Under the pieces are notes generated by a model that worked only from the letters and a program-made list of their open reading frames with translations, had not been told where the DNA came from and made no database searches. Both the position numbers and the translations under genes were made by a program. From Phycisphaerae bacterium (GTDB taxonomy: Bacteria > Planctomycetota > Phycisphaerae > UBA1845), in assembly GCA_963666835.2 (NCBI GenBank), contig CAXXGO010000001.1, forward strand, positions 1,472,001 to 1,536,000: a stretch of 64,000 nucleotides of DNA, in the 5' to 3' direction. Of this stretch, positions 28,112 to 37,669 are shown piece by piece; the stretch's first letter is position 1; every line of letters starts with the position of its first letter.

Positions 28112-29025
28112 TGGGACTTTTTGACCGTTTTAAGAAGGGCCTGACGCGGACCCGCGAGAAGATTGCCACCGGATTCCGTGCGGCCGTGCGCATCGGACGG
28201 AAGATCGACCAGGAAAGCCTCAACCGCCTGGAGGACACGATGCTCGCGGCGGATTTCGGCCCGACCACCACGGCCAAGCTGATGGATGTCATCCACAGAG
28301 GCTGGAAAGGCGGACAGATCGTCGAAGAACAGGAAGTCACCGCCTTCCTCCGGCAGCACATCATCGAGATGTGGCCCGACGCCGACCGGAGAATCCAGCC
28401 CGCCGAATCCGGGCCCACCGTCGTACTGGTCACGGGCATCAACGGATCGGGAAAAACCACCAGCGTGGCCAAGCTGGGGCATTACTTCGTTGACCAAGGC
28501 AAGAAGGTGATCCTGGGAGCGTGCGACACGTACCGGGCAGCCGCCGTCGAGCAATTGACGATTTGGTCCAATCGCATCGGGGTGGAGATCGTCAAGCACG
28601 ACCAAGGGGCAGACCCCGGCGCAGTGGCGTATGATGCCTGCGAGGCGGCAGTAGCCCGCAAAGCAGACATTCTTCTCATCGACACCGCCGGCCGGCTGCA
28701 CACTCAAGACCACCTGATGCGCGAGCTGGGCAAGATCCAGAAGGTCGTGCAAAGGAAGATCCCCGGCGCTCCGCACGAGGTGCTGTTGGTCCTCGACGCC
28801 ACGGTCGGCCAGAACGCTGTTAGTCAGGCCCAACAGTTCGCGGAACACGTGGCCCTTACGGGCATATTCCTGGCCAAGCTCGACGGCAGTGCCAAGGGCG
28901 GAATCGTCGTCGGCATCCGAGACCTTCTGAACGTTCCGGTGAAGTTCGTCGGCCTAGGTGAAACCCCCCAGGACATCGAGCTGTTCGATCCAAGCACGTT
29001 CTTGGAGGCGATGCTGACGAATTGA
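28111..29025 (+). CDS. ftsY: SRP receptor FtsY
   Basis: GINGSGKTTS.AKL, DTYRAAA, DTAGRLH, KLDGSAKGG. Confidence 0.98.
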   Translation: MGLFDRFKKGLTRTREKIATGFRAAVRIGRKIDQESLNRLEDTMLAADFGPTTTAKLMDVIHRGWKGGQIVEEQEVTAFLRQHIIEMWPDADRRIQPAESGPTVVLVTGINGSGKTTSVAKLGHYFVDQGKKVILGACDTYRAAAVEQLTIWSNRIGVEIVKHDQGADPGAVAYDACEAAVARKADILLIDTAGRLHTQDHLMRELGKIQKVVQRKIPGAPHEVLLVLDATVGQNAVSQAQQFAEHVALTGIFLAKLDGSAKGGIVVGIRDLLNVPVKFVGLGETPQDIELFDPSTFLEAMLTN

Positions 29026-29056
29026 CCAAACGGACCCCAACCGCGGAGTTCCACGT

Positions 29057-29470
29057 ATGCGATATGAAGAGAAAGAGCGCAATCGCATCGCGGAAGACAT
29101 CCTGCTGGACCGCCGGATACGTACGTCGATGTACTGCGCCAAATGCGGGTACAACCTCCGATCTCTCCCGCGGGCCTACCACTGTCCCGAATGCGGCCAC
29201 GAATACAGCACACGAGGAACAACGCACGGCATCTTTCTGCCCCACGGCGTAGATCCCCCCATCCCGTTAATAGTGGCCACGTTGGGCAGCGGATTGATGG
29301 CGGGCTTTCTCATAGCCGGGGGCATCCAGGTCGCAAACGAGAATGAAATCGTCCTGGGCTGCGTCTTCGCATTGATCACCCTCGGAACGGGCTGCATGGC
29401 TGTTTCCCGAATGGCCGGCTTCCTTAACCACCGCCGTATTGCCCGCCGGATCGAGGAGGATGAGGACTGA
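29057..29470 (+). CDS. Membrane protein with N-terminal zinc ribbon
   Basis: CAKCGYNLRSLP..YHCPECG then two TM segments. Confidence 0.8.
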   Translation: MRYEEKERNRIAEDILLDRRIRTSMYCAKCGYNLRSLPRAYHCPECGHEYSTRGTTHGIFLPHGVDPPIPLIVATLGSGLMAGFLIAGGIQVANENEIVLGCVFALITLGTGCMAVSRMAGFLNHRRIARRIEEDED

Positions 29471-29665
29471 CGCGTTTTGCGCGTGACCGAGCCCGTCTTT
29501 GCGGCCGCAGTTGGGCATCCGCGGTCATCGTGCGGGTTATCGGCTGGTTTGCGACCCGTCGGGAATCGCCGGACCGTCTCCCGATATCAATAGCAGGAGG
29601 CGGAATCCGAAGAAACATCCGGCTCTCATGACAGGCATGGTACGCCCTCCGCGTCTTCTTTTTCG

Positions 29666-30241
29666 ATGACAGCGATGAAACCTGCGGAAGAATTCGACCC
29701 GGAAGAACCTCTTGTCGAGGCGATTCGCAACGGTGACCGGTTTGCCTTCGGCGAATTCGTGCGTCGGCAGACGCCGTGGGTCCGTGGCGTCATCTTCGGG
29801 GTGCTGGGCGATCCGGACAGGGGCGACGACGTCGCCCAGCAGGTGTGGACTGCTGTTTGGCAGAGGATCGGAGAACTTCGCGATGTTCGACGGTGGCGAC
29901 CATGGCTGTATCGGATGGCACGTAATGCCGCAGTTGACGCCGGGCGGGACGTCACCCGCCGAAGGCGTCACGGACAGGTGCTGGCCGCCGAGTCAGGGGT
30001 CCAGGCGATCTCGGGGTATGCCGAGGACAACCTGGCCCGCCGCGAGCAACACCAGGAGGTTCTGTCCGCGATCCAAGCCCTTCCGGCGTTGTATAGGGAA
30101 CCGTTTGTGATGCGTCACCTGAACGACTGGAGTTATAGGAAGATCGCAGAGGTAATGGGTATGCCGGTGGACTCGGTGGAAACGCGTTTGGTCCGTGCCC
30201 GCCGGTTCCTGCGAGAGTCTCTCAAGAGCAAGCTGGACTAA
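29666..30241 (+). CDS. ECF sigma factor
   Basis: GD..AF..FVRR, DDVAQQVW, WLYRMARN..VD, LP..YRE.FV, SY..IAEVMG.PV..V.TRL.RAR. Confidence 0.95.
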   Translation: MTAMKPAEEFDPEEPLVEAIRNGDRFAFGEFVRRQTPWVRGVIFGVLGDPDRGDDVAQQVWTAVWQRIGELRDVRRWRPWLYRMARNAAVDAGRDVTRRRRHGQVLAAESGVQAISGYAEDNLARREQHQEVLSAIQALPALYREPFVMRHLNDWSYRKIAEVMGMPVDSVETRLVRARRFLRESLKSKLD

Positions 30242-30246
30242 AGACA

Positions 30247-30840
30247 ATGTCAGACACCGACTATGACATCGAAAAGCTGATTACCCGCCGACTGGACGGC
30301 GAGCTCGACGAGGACGGGCAGCTCGAAGTCAACCGGGCGCTGATCCGAGATCCGCAAGCTCGTAGCCTCATGGAGGACTGTCAGCGGATTGACGAGCTGG
30401 CAAAGCAGGCGCTGCGGGAGACGCTGATGACCGGGGAGATCTCTTTCGATCCGGAATCGCTGACTACCAGCGTCCCCAAACGGCGAATCAATCGTGTGCC
30501 AAGGAGCTGGTGGCTCATTCCCGGAGCGATCGCCGCCGCCGTGTTGGCGCTGGTGATTCCGTATCCGTCCGTTGCACCGCCCCCAGGACCTTCCACGGCC
30601 GTCTTGAACGGCGGTTCGGTTAGTCCGAATCCAACGATACGGGATACGAGGCCGAGTCCGTGGGGCACCATGCGGACGGTAGGTACGGGTTCACCGCAGA
30701 TTCAGCGAAACACCGGACGGGAGGTCTTCGGCGTTGTCGGCGACGACGGCAACATCTATTGGATAGAGGTTGACCGGACACGGACCCTGAGACGGGCGGG
30801 ACAACATTCGACGAAGCCCACAATTAACGAGACTTTCTAG
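30247..30840 (+). CDS. Putative anti-sigma factor
   Basis: LI.R.LDGEL N-terminal anti-sigma pattern, single TM, directly after the ECF sigma. Confidence 0.75.
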   Translation: MSDTDYDIEKLITRRLDGELDEDGQLEVNRALIRDPQARSLMEDCQRIDELAKQALRETLMTGEISFDPESLTTSVPKRRINRVPRSWWLIPGAIAAAVLALVIPYPSVAPPPGPSTAVLNGGSVSPNPTIRDTRPSPWGTMRTVGTGSPQIQRNTGREVFGVVGDDGNIYWIEVDRTRTLRRAGQHSTKPTINETF

Positions 30841-30916
30841 GCGTATCCGCGGAATCCGAGATTCCGCCGCCTTGAGAACGAACTGGCTGAGAACCAATCA
30901 ACGAAGGAGTGAAGCG

Positions 30917-32314
30917 ATGAAATGGATAGTGGTTTGCATGGTGTTCTCCGCGGCACCGCATTGGATGGCTGCCGCGTTGGCGGCACCTGCCGACGACGCC
31001 CCCACAGTGCATGCTCAGGTTTATGTAGTGTCAGACGACGGCACCGTGGACCTCCGCACCGTGGGCGAGGACTGTGATGCTGCAGTCCAAACCCTGAACG
31101 TCGTGCTCAGCGATGACGGGACTGCAAACACAATCAAACAGGTGGATCGCCTCGTAACAGTGCGTGCAGCGGCAAGTGACGAAGAGCAGGCGTGGCTCGG
31201 CGTATCAATCGGTCCGGTCCCGCCGGCGGTGGCGGCCCAAACCGGCACAAGAGATCGCGGGGCGATAATCCTGAACGTCGTCAAGGACAGTCCCGCCGAC
31301 GTGGCCGGCTTGAAGGAACATGACATCATCGTGTCGATTGAAAGCCAGGATGCCGATGGCGACATCAACAATCTGGTGCGGTTGATCAGCGGCCACCAGC
31401 CGGGCGATCAGGTGCCGATCGTCGTCCTGAGAAACGGCAAGGAGCACACCTTCCAGGCCAAGCTCAGTTCGCGCACCGAGCTGACCGGCGATGTTGAGTG
31501 GAAGTTCGCAACGCCGTCCCTGGCCGAGGTCGAAGAGGAGATTCGGACTCGAGGCAAGATCGTCCGCCGGGGTCCGGGAGACGAGTGGATTGTCGAGGAT
31601 CTCGGAGAGCTCGACGTCCTGTCGGACCTCCCGGCGAGTATCCGGACTCTGATCCCCCAAAGCGGCACGAAGACCATTCAGATGTTCCTCGACGATGACC
31701 ACCACACGGTCACTACCAGGGTGGAGCAGGATGGAACCGCCTTGGAGATTACTCGCGAAGGCGAGGGTGAGATTGTGGTCAAGCGGGTCGATCAGAACGG
31801 CAATGAGACCAGCGCTACCTACGCCGACGAAGACGAGCTGCGCGAGGCCGACGAGGAGGCCTTCGAGGCCTTCAAGGGAGTGATCGGGGCCGAGCTGATC
31901 AAGATTGACGTGGACGGCTGGGCGGATCTCGACGACTTCGATTTCGATTTTGACATCGACTTCGACGTGAATTCCGAAGATTGGCAAGACCACCTCGACA
32001 TCTGGCAAGCCAACCTGGACGAGGCCTTGCAGAAAGCCAATGCGGCCGTCGCCGAGGCACTCGAGGAAGCCGACGCGACAGTCCGGCAATACCAAAACTC
32101 CGGCGGTGATCCTCCCGCCATCGCCGCGATAGGGCCTTTCATGCTCGGCAAGCCCCGCCACACCTTTGAGGTGCGCGTGGACGGCACGATCGAGGTCAAA
32201 CTCCGTAAGGGAGACTCCGAGCTGATCCAGTTGTACAGCGACGAGGCTGACTTGGCCCAGCGAGCCCCCGAGCTCCATGAAAAATACACAGAGCTGATGT
32301 CGGCGGGAGACTGA
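30917..32314 (+). CDS. Exported PDZ-domain protein
   Basis: Signal peptide; AWLGV, V.KDSPAD.AGLKE.DII, PGD.V...VLRNG; no trypsin motif seen. Confidence 0.85.
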   Translation: MKWIVVCMVFSAAPHWMAAALAAPADDAPTVHAQVYVVSDDGTVDLRTVGEDCDAAVQTLNVVLSDDGTANTIKQVDRLVTVRAAASDEEQAWLGVSIGPVPPAVAAQTGTRDRGAIILNVVKDSPADVAGLKEHDIIVSIESQDADGDINNLVRLISGHQPGDQVPIVVLRNGKEHTFQAKLSSRTELTGDVEWKFATPSLAEVEEEIRTRGKIVRRGPGDEWIVEDLGELDVLSDLPASIRTLIPQSGTKTIQMFLDDDHHTVTTRVEQDGTALEITREGEGEIVVKRVDQNGNETSATYADEDELREADEEAFEAFKGVIGAELIKIDVDGWADLDDFDFDFDIDFDVNSEDWQDHLDIWQANLDEALQKANAAVAEALEEADATVRQYQNSGGDPPAIAAIGPFMLGKPRHTFEVRVDGTIEVKLRKGDSELIQLYSDEADLAQRAPELHEKYTELMSAGD

Positions 32315-32354
32315 TAATCTCGCCCGAAAACCTGGAACCCCTTCTTATAGCGCA

Positions 32355-32391
32355 GGACGGGCGCCGGTTGCTCCGGCGTCCGTCCGTTTTT
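32355..32391 (+). terminator. Rho-independent terminator
   Basis: GGACGGGCGCCGG-TTGCT-CCGGCGTCCGTCC followed by a T-run. Confidence 0.75.
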
Positions 32392-32594
32392 CATCCGGCT
32401 TGGACCGATATCGGCGTCGGTGACCGGACTTAGGCACTTCCAGCCCAACCCGATCCGCAAAAACCCCCAGACTTAACTTGCGTAGCACGAGTTTGTATTC
32501 AACGGTGTAGGATGGAGCGCTTCGCGTCCATCCGCAACGTGCGTGCGCGTGGGGGTGGCTCGTCGGCTTCACAAGACAAGAAAGGAGTTACCGG

Positions 32595-32774
32595 ATGATC
32601 GCCATTGCACAGCGTGCCAGAGAGTTCTTGCGATCGGAAGACGGGCCTACCGCGGTAGAGTATGCGGTCCTTCTGGCCCTCATCCTCACCGCTGTAATCG
32701 CCACAATGGCTGTATTCGGTGAGCGGGTCGACAACCTGTACAACACGATTAACGACTCGGTCGGCGAGAGTTAG
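32595..32774 (+). CDS. flp: Flp type IVb pilin (59 aa, not in ORF track)
   Basis: AAAGGAG RBS; MIAIAQRAREFLRSEDG-PTAVEYAVLLALILTAVIA... Confidence 0.95.
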   Translation: MIAIAQRAREFLRSEDGPTAVEYAVLLALILTAVIATMAVFGERVDNLYNTINDSVGES

Positions 32775-33501
32775 ATAAGCCCATGTCGAGAACCAGCCTT
32801 CTTCTCAAACGATTGTTCCTGCAGCATTGCGGGGCTTGCCATCCCGTACGTACGGCCAGGCCGCCGCCGGCCTCGTTGACGGGGCAATAATCAGAGAGGG
32901 GAATGCGTCCCGGATGGCGAGCTCGAGGCCGGCTCGCGGAGCCTCAAAAACCGCCGGTTCCACGTTGTCCTGCCACTTTCGCCACACCGCGGGGCCATTC
33001 TCCGGGGCTATTGTCGTCTGCCACCCGCGCATTCCATAGGCGGAGGGTGGAAAGCAACTGGAGGCCGATATTATGTCACCGCTTTGCACGTGCCGGAGTT
33101 GCCGGGTTATACACAAGAAGTCGTTTGCCCGGTCTGGGTTTGTTTCTTACATTCAAAAGGACGACGACGGTCGGGATACCGGAGTAGCCGCAGCCGGATT
33201 GCCGTATCGCAAGCCGTCCATCAGACTGCAGTACGCTCGGAGGATACCCTAAAACGTATCCGCAATTAGTGCCGAGGTGCCGTCAGTTGTTGTCCACAGG
33301 GCGGAAACGCAAGACTGCGGCGACTGAAGGATACCGCCAAGAAAGGCTCCCGCGAGCGAAAGGTGGCGGCATAACGCACCAGATGTTTCGCGCCGGAGTC
33401 TACTTGGTAGCCGGGGGGAAGATGCACGGTCGGCCCGGAATACGCCCCATCGGGGGGCGTAGCTGTTCGTCCGTTTCCGAGTTTAGTTCGGAGATAGTTC
33501 A

Positions 33502-34056
33502 ATGGAAAGCGGATTCTGGCAAGTGACCTGTGCTATTCTCGTCCCGGGAGTGCTGTGGGCATCTTGGATTGACTACGCGGAAAGACGCGTGCCCAACTAC
33601 CTGAACCTCGCCCTGATCATCGCCGGGTTCACCGTTCAGGCGATCTACTTCGGATGGTCCGGAATGGGCACCGGATTGCTCGGCCTGCTGACCGGCTTCG
33701 GGTTGTTGATCATCCCCTGGCTCATGCACGGGATGGGAGCCGGAGATGTCAAGCTGATGGCCGCAATCGGTGTCTGGCTCGGTCCGTTGTTGACCTTCTA
33801 CTCGTTTGCGCTGGGGGCGTGCCTCGGGGGAATCGCCGCAGTCATCATGATCCTCTCGACCGGACGCCTGCACTTGGCTTGCGCCAACATCGGGGTCATT
33901 CTGGCAAAATGCACGAACCGCAGCACCGTCTTTAGTGAGTTCGGTTCGGCCAAGAGCTTCGGGGACAGCTCGCAGTTGCTTCCCTACGGGGTGCCTCTTA
34001 CCGGGGGTACGCTCGTAATCTTGGCCGCCAAGATGTTCGGCTGGTGGGGAATCTGA
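33502..34056 (+). CDS. cpaA: A24 prepilin peptidase TadV/CpaA
   Basis: D...RRVPN.L, MGAGDVKLMAAIG.WLG, LPYGVP. Confidence 0.92.
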   Translation: MESGFWQVTCAILVPGVLWASWIDYAERRVPNYLNLALIIAGFTVQAIYFGWSGMGTGLLGLLTGFGLLIIPWLMHGMGAGDVKLMAAIGVWLGPLLTFYSFALGACLGGIAAVIMILSTGRLHLACANIGVILAKCTNRSTVFSEFGSAKSFGDSSQLLPYGVPLTGGTLVILAAKMFGWWGI

Positions 34057-34058
34057 TC

Positions 34059-34493
34059 ATGAGTATCCGCAAGCGACGTCGCGTCCGCAGGCCCGATCAG
34101 CACCGGGCCAGAGCCGGGGCAATCGTGGAATTCGCAGTGGTTCTGCCGCTGCTGTTGACCATCCTGTTCGGGATCATCGAGTACGGCTACGTGTTCATGG
34201 TGCGGCAGACGCTCCAGCACGCCGCTCGGGAAGGTGGGCGCTTGGCGTCCTTGCAGACCTCCGAGTATCCGTACACGAATGTCACGGACCGGATAGCTAC
34301 CATCATGGCTCCGACGCGGGTTACGTCGTACACCGCCACCGTAACCCAACCGGCCGATTGCGAGGAGATGGTCACTGTTACGGTCCCGTACGACGACATC
34401 TCCCTGGTGGGCGGCTTCTTCGGCACCCACGGCTACGACCTGACCGGTAGCTGTACGATGCGCAAGGAGGGCTGCACCACGGAGGATGACTGA
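34059..34493 (+). CDS. tadE: TadE-like pseudopilin
   Basis: GAIVEFAVVLPLLLTILFGIIEYG...AAREGGR.A. Confidence 0.92.
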   Translation: MSIRKRRRVRRPDQHRARAGAIVEFAVVLPLLLTILFGIIEYGYVFMVRQTLQHAAREGGRLASLQTSEYPYTNVTDRIATIMAPTRVTSYTATVTQPADCEEMVTVTVPYDDISLVGGFFGTHGYDLTGSCTMRKEGCTTEDD

Positions 34494-34844
34494 TTGAGCA
34501 TCCGCCGCACAAGCGGCTCCCAGGCCGCCTGAAACGAGGCGCTACGTGATGGCCGGACGAAATCATCCGGGCAGACGTCTGCCTGACGGACTGACCGTGT
34601 CCCGCCCGGAACAGATAAGCTGTTCTGTTGCGGGACACGGCAGTTTGCATCCCCAGGGCCTACTCCCGAGGCCAATAATTTTTCGATGTCGTAGGTCCGA
34701 TGACGCCCGAATCCTTCCGATAAGCGCCCAAGTGGAACCGTGGGTGGCCGGGCAGGTACACCGGTGTGCAGAACCCGCAAAGGGGAAGTCATACGCCGCA
34801 GGGCCTGCCGTAGTGAAGACCCGAGATAACGAACAGGACTCACT

Positions 34845-35966
34845 ATGAACACGAAGGCAATCATTCCGTTGGTCCTCGGTCTCTGTGTCGGTCTCGTAGC
34901 CGTCAAGTACCTGGTGGATACGCTGAAGAAGGCGCGCGGCTCGACTGCCGCCCCAACGTCCACTTTCGTCCGAACGACGCAGGACATCGATAGCTTCCAG
35001 AAGATCACTCCGGAGTTACTCGAGCTCGTGGAGACGACGGACGTTTCTCTGATTCCGTCCAATGAGCGCATCACGAGCATCGACGAGGTCAAAGACCGCG
35101 TGGCCGCAAAGGACATTCCGCAGAACTCCTTGATCGTCCTTTCAATGCTCGCCCCAGAGGGCACCGAGGCCGGCATGAAGGGGCAGATCCCCCCGGGCTA
35201 CCGTGCCGTGTCGGTCAAGATCGACGAGGTAACCGGTGTAGCGTATCAGCTTAAGCCCGGCGATTGGGTGGACGTCATCGTCGTGATGAGCGTGGATACC
35301 GGCCGAAGGAAAAAGGAAACCGTTGCGGAGGTTATCCTCCAGCACGTCGAGGTACTGGCAATCGGGCAGACTACCACGGGACCGACCGGCGAGACCGGTA
35401 AGAGCAAGGCCAAGCCGGCCAAGTCCGCAACCCTGCTTGTACCGGAGGATGACGCGCCCAAGCTGCACCTGGCGGCTACCCGCGGACGAGTGACCTTGGC
35501 GATGCGTGGAGCCGACTCCCTTACCACCGAGGTACCGGCCGTGGCCCGCGAGAGCGAGGATTTCTACAACCCGACCGCCGCGAGTTCGGAAGAAGAGACC
35601 GCCTCTACCGATTCGGGTACTTCATCCGGTCCGGCCGGCTTCCTGGGTACCTTTGTCGCGTTTGCGGCGACTCCGCCCCAGACTGTGCCGGAGCCCGAAC
35701 CCGAGCCCGAGCCACCTCATGGGCTGACAATCTACCGCGGCTTGCCCAACGTCGGCGAGCCCAAGGTAGAACAGGTCGTTTTCGCCAACGGCGCCTCGCG
35801 CACCGTCGTCGGAGTGTCCAGCGGTCCGGTCGCTCGGGCCGTCGCCTCAAAAGACAACAGAGCGGAACGCAAACCGCGTCCGCAAAGGCGTTCCGATCAG
35901 ACGGAACCCGTAAAACCAGACGAGCCGGATACGGACTTTGACTACCAGCCCGAGGAGGTTGAATAA
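34845..35966 (+). CDS. cpaB: Flp pilus assembly protein CpaB/RcpC
   Basis: IPPGYRAVSVKIDEVTGVA..LKPGD.VDV, ILQ.VEVLAIGQ, ATLLV. Confidence 0.93.
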   Translation: MNTKAIIPLVLGLCVGLVAVKYLVDTLKKARGSTAAPTSTFVRTTQDIDSFQKITPELLELVETTDVSLIPSNERITSIDEVKDRVAAKDIPQNSLIVLSMLAPEGTEAGMKGQIPPGYRAVSVKIDEVTGVAYQLKPGDWVDVIVVMSVDTGRRKKETVAEVILQHVEVLAIGQTTTGPTGETGKSKAKPAKSATLLVPEDDAPKLHLAATRGRVTLAMRGADSLTTEVPAVARESEDFYNPTAASSEEETASTDSGTSSGPAGFLGTFVAFAATPPQTVPEPEPEPEPPHGLTIYRGLPNVGEPKVEQVVFANGASRTVVGVSSGPVARAVASKDNRAERKPRPQRRSDQTEPVKPDEPDTDFDYQPEEVE

Positions 35967-37564
35967 TGTCCCAGGGTGTCACGGCAGGCCAAGCGAGCCA
36001 TGCCCGTATCAACAGTACACTTGGTCGAGCGCGCTGCTGCCGGGTGTTAGTACTCGCCTCGTGCGTATGTTGGGCCTCTTTGGCCGCCGCCCAAACGGGT
36101 GCAGCGGAAAAGCCCTTTCGGGTGAACGTGCTCGACATGTCGGACGACTCCCGCGAGGTTGCCGTCCCTCTCAATCGTAGCGTGGTCATCGAGACGTCCG
36201 TAAAAGTCGCCCGGGCCGACGTTGTCGCCAGCCACATCGCTGATGTGCGCGCGGTGAGCCCGACCCAATTGCTCGTCACCGGAAAGAGCTACGGCCATTC
36301 CAACGTGATTCTCTGGGATGACGCAGACAAACAATATCTGCTCAACGTCAATGTCGAGCTGGATCTGGAGCGTCTCAACAAGGCGATCCGTGGAATCGAT
36401 CCGCGCTCGACCGCCGTAGCACGGTCGCTGCTGGGCAATATCGTTTTGTCCGGTGCGGTATCGAGCACCGAGCGGGCCGAACGAATGGTCCAGGTAGCCG
36501 AGTTGTTCCTCCCTCCAGAGGGCGCCGGTGCCAGTGCGACCGTCCGTAATCACCTCGATGTCGCCGGTGAGCAGCAGGTTCTCCTGCGTTGCGTCGTAGC
36601 GGAAATGAGCCGCCGAGCTCTGCGTACCCTCGGTATCAACGGCTTCCTGGCCGGCGAAAACTTCCGTGACGGATTCCTGGTGAACCAGCTCGGCGGAATC
36701 AACCCGATAAACATCGGAGCCGCCGCCGACTCCCTGGTAACCAACAACATCCCGTTTCTAACGGGCGAGGACGGCATTCCCCTGGGCACGGCGTCGACCT
36801 TGTCTCTGGGTTTTCCGCGCGCCCAGACGCAGTTGTTCATCCAAGCTATGGCGGAGAACGGACTCTCCAGCATCCTCGCGGAGCCGAACTTGGTGGCTAT
36901 CTCCGGGGAAACCGCGAGCTTCCTGGCCGGCGGGGAGTTCCCGATCCCGGTACCGCAGGGTAATCAACAGATCACGATCGAGTTCCGCGAGTTCGGCATT
37001 CGCCTGAATTTTACGCCCGTGGTACTGGGACAGCAGCGGATCAGGCTGCGGGTGGCACCGGAGGTCTCGGAGCTGGACTACACCACCGCAGTCCAGGTTG
37101 AAGGGTATGTCGTGCCGGGTCTTACCGCCCGATCCACGGAGACCACTGTAGAGATAGGCAGCGGTCAGACGATTGCGGTTGCCGGATTGCTCAGTGAGCA
37201 GGTCCGTGGAATAGCGAGTCGGGTCCCGGGAATCGGCGATGTGCCGGTAATCGGCGCTCTGTTTCGCTCGGTAGATTTCCAGCGCTCGGTGACGGAGCTT
37301 GTCATTATGGTCACTCCGGAGCTGGTCGCCCCGCTCGAGCCGCATCAGCTAACGCCGTTGCCGGGTGAGGATCGGATGGACCCGAACGACTTCGAACTGT
37401 ATATGCTCGGTCTGCTGGAAGGCACTCAGCAAGCCGACGCGCTCTACTCGCCCGAAGGCGGACCGGACGCCGAACCGGTGTCCCCCGCAGTCCGCACGGA
37501 GCCGGACGAGCTTTCCATACACGGCCCTTGGGGGTATGCCGGAGCAGTCAGTATGCGGCACTAG
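35966..37564 (+). CDS. cpaC: Tad secretin CpaC/RcpA
   Basis: LAEPNLVAISGETASFLAGGEFPIPV, EFGIRL.FTPVV, PG.GD.P.IGALFRS. Confidence 0.95.
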   Translation: MSQGVTAGQASHARINSTLGRARCCRVLVLASCVCWASLAAAQTGAAEKPFRVNVLDMSDDSREVAVPLNRSVVIETSVKVARADVVASHIADVRAVSPTQLLVTGKSYGHSNVILWDDADKQYLLNVNVELDLERLNKAIRGIDPRSTAVARSLLGNIVLSGAVSSTERAERMVQVAELFLPPEGAGASATVRNHLDVAGEQQVLLRCVVAEMSRRALRTLGINGFLAGENFRDGFLVNQLGGINPINIGAAADSLVTNNIPFLTGEDGIPLGTASTLSLGFPRAQTQLFIQAMAENGLSSILAEPNLVAISGETASFLAGGEFPIPVPQGNQQITIEFREFGIRLNFTPVVLGQQRIRLRVAPEVSELDYTTAVQVEGYVVPGLTARSTETTVEIGSGQTIAVAGLLSEQVRGIASRVPGIGDVPVIGALFRSVDFQRSVTELVIMVTPELVAPLEPHQLTPLPGEDRMDPNDFELYMLGLLEGTQQADALYSPEGGPDAEPVSPAVRTEPDELSIHGPWGYAGAVSMRH

Positions 37565-37669
37565 AGAAAAACGCCGCACCCATCAAATCGCCCTTCCAGG
37601 AGGCGAGCGTCGTTAGGTGACTCGGAAACGAGTCGAGAACGTTTGACCACCTGCTGAAGGGGAAAGAAC

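Noticed and set aside
33150..33330. c-di-GMP-I riboswitch upstream of cpaA
   Set aside because: Only fragments resemble it (AGCCGGATTGCCG; ACAGGGCGGAAACGCAA); the GGCAAAC..GAAA..GACGCAAA order is absent
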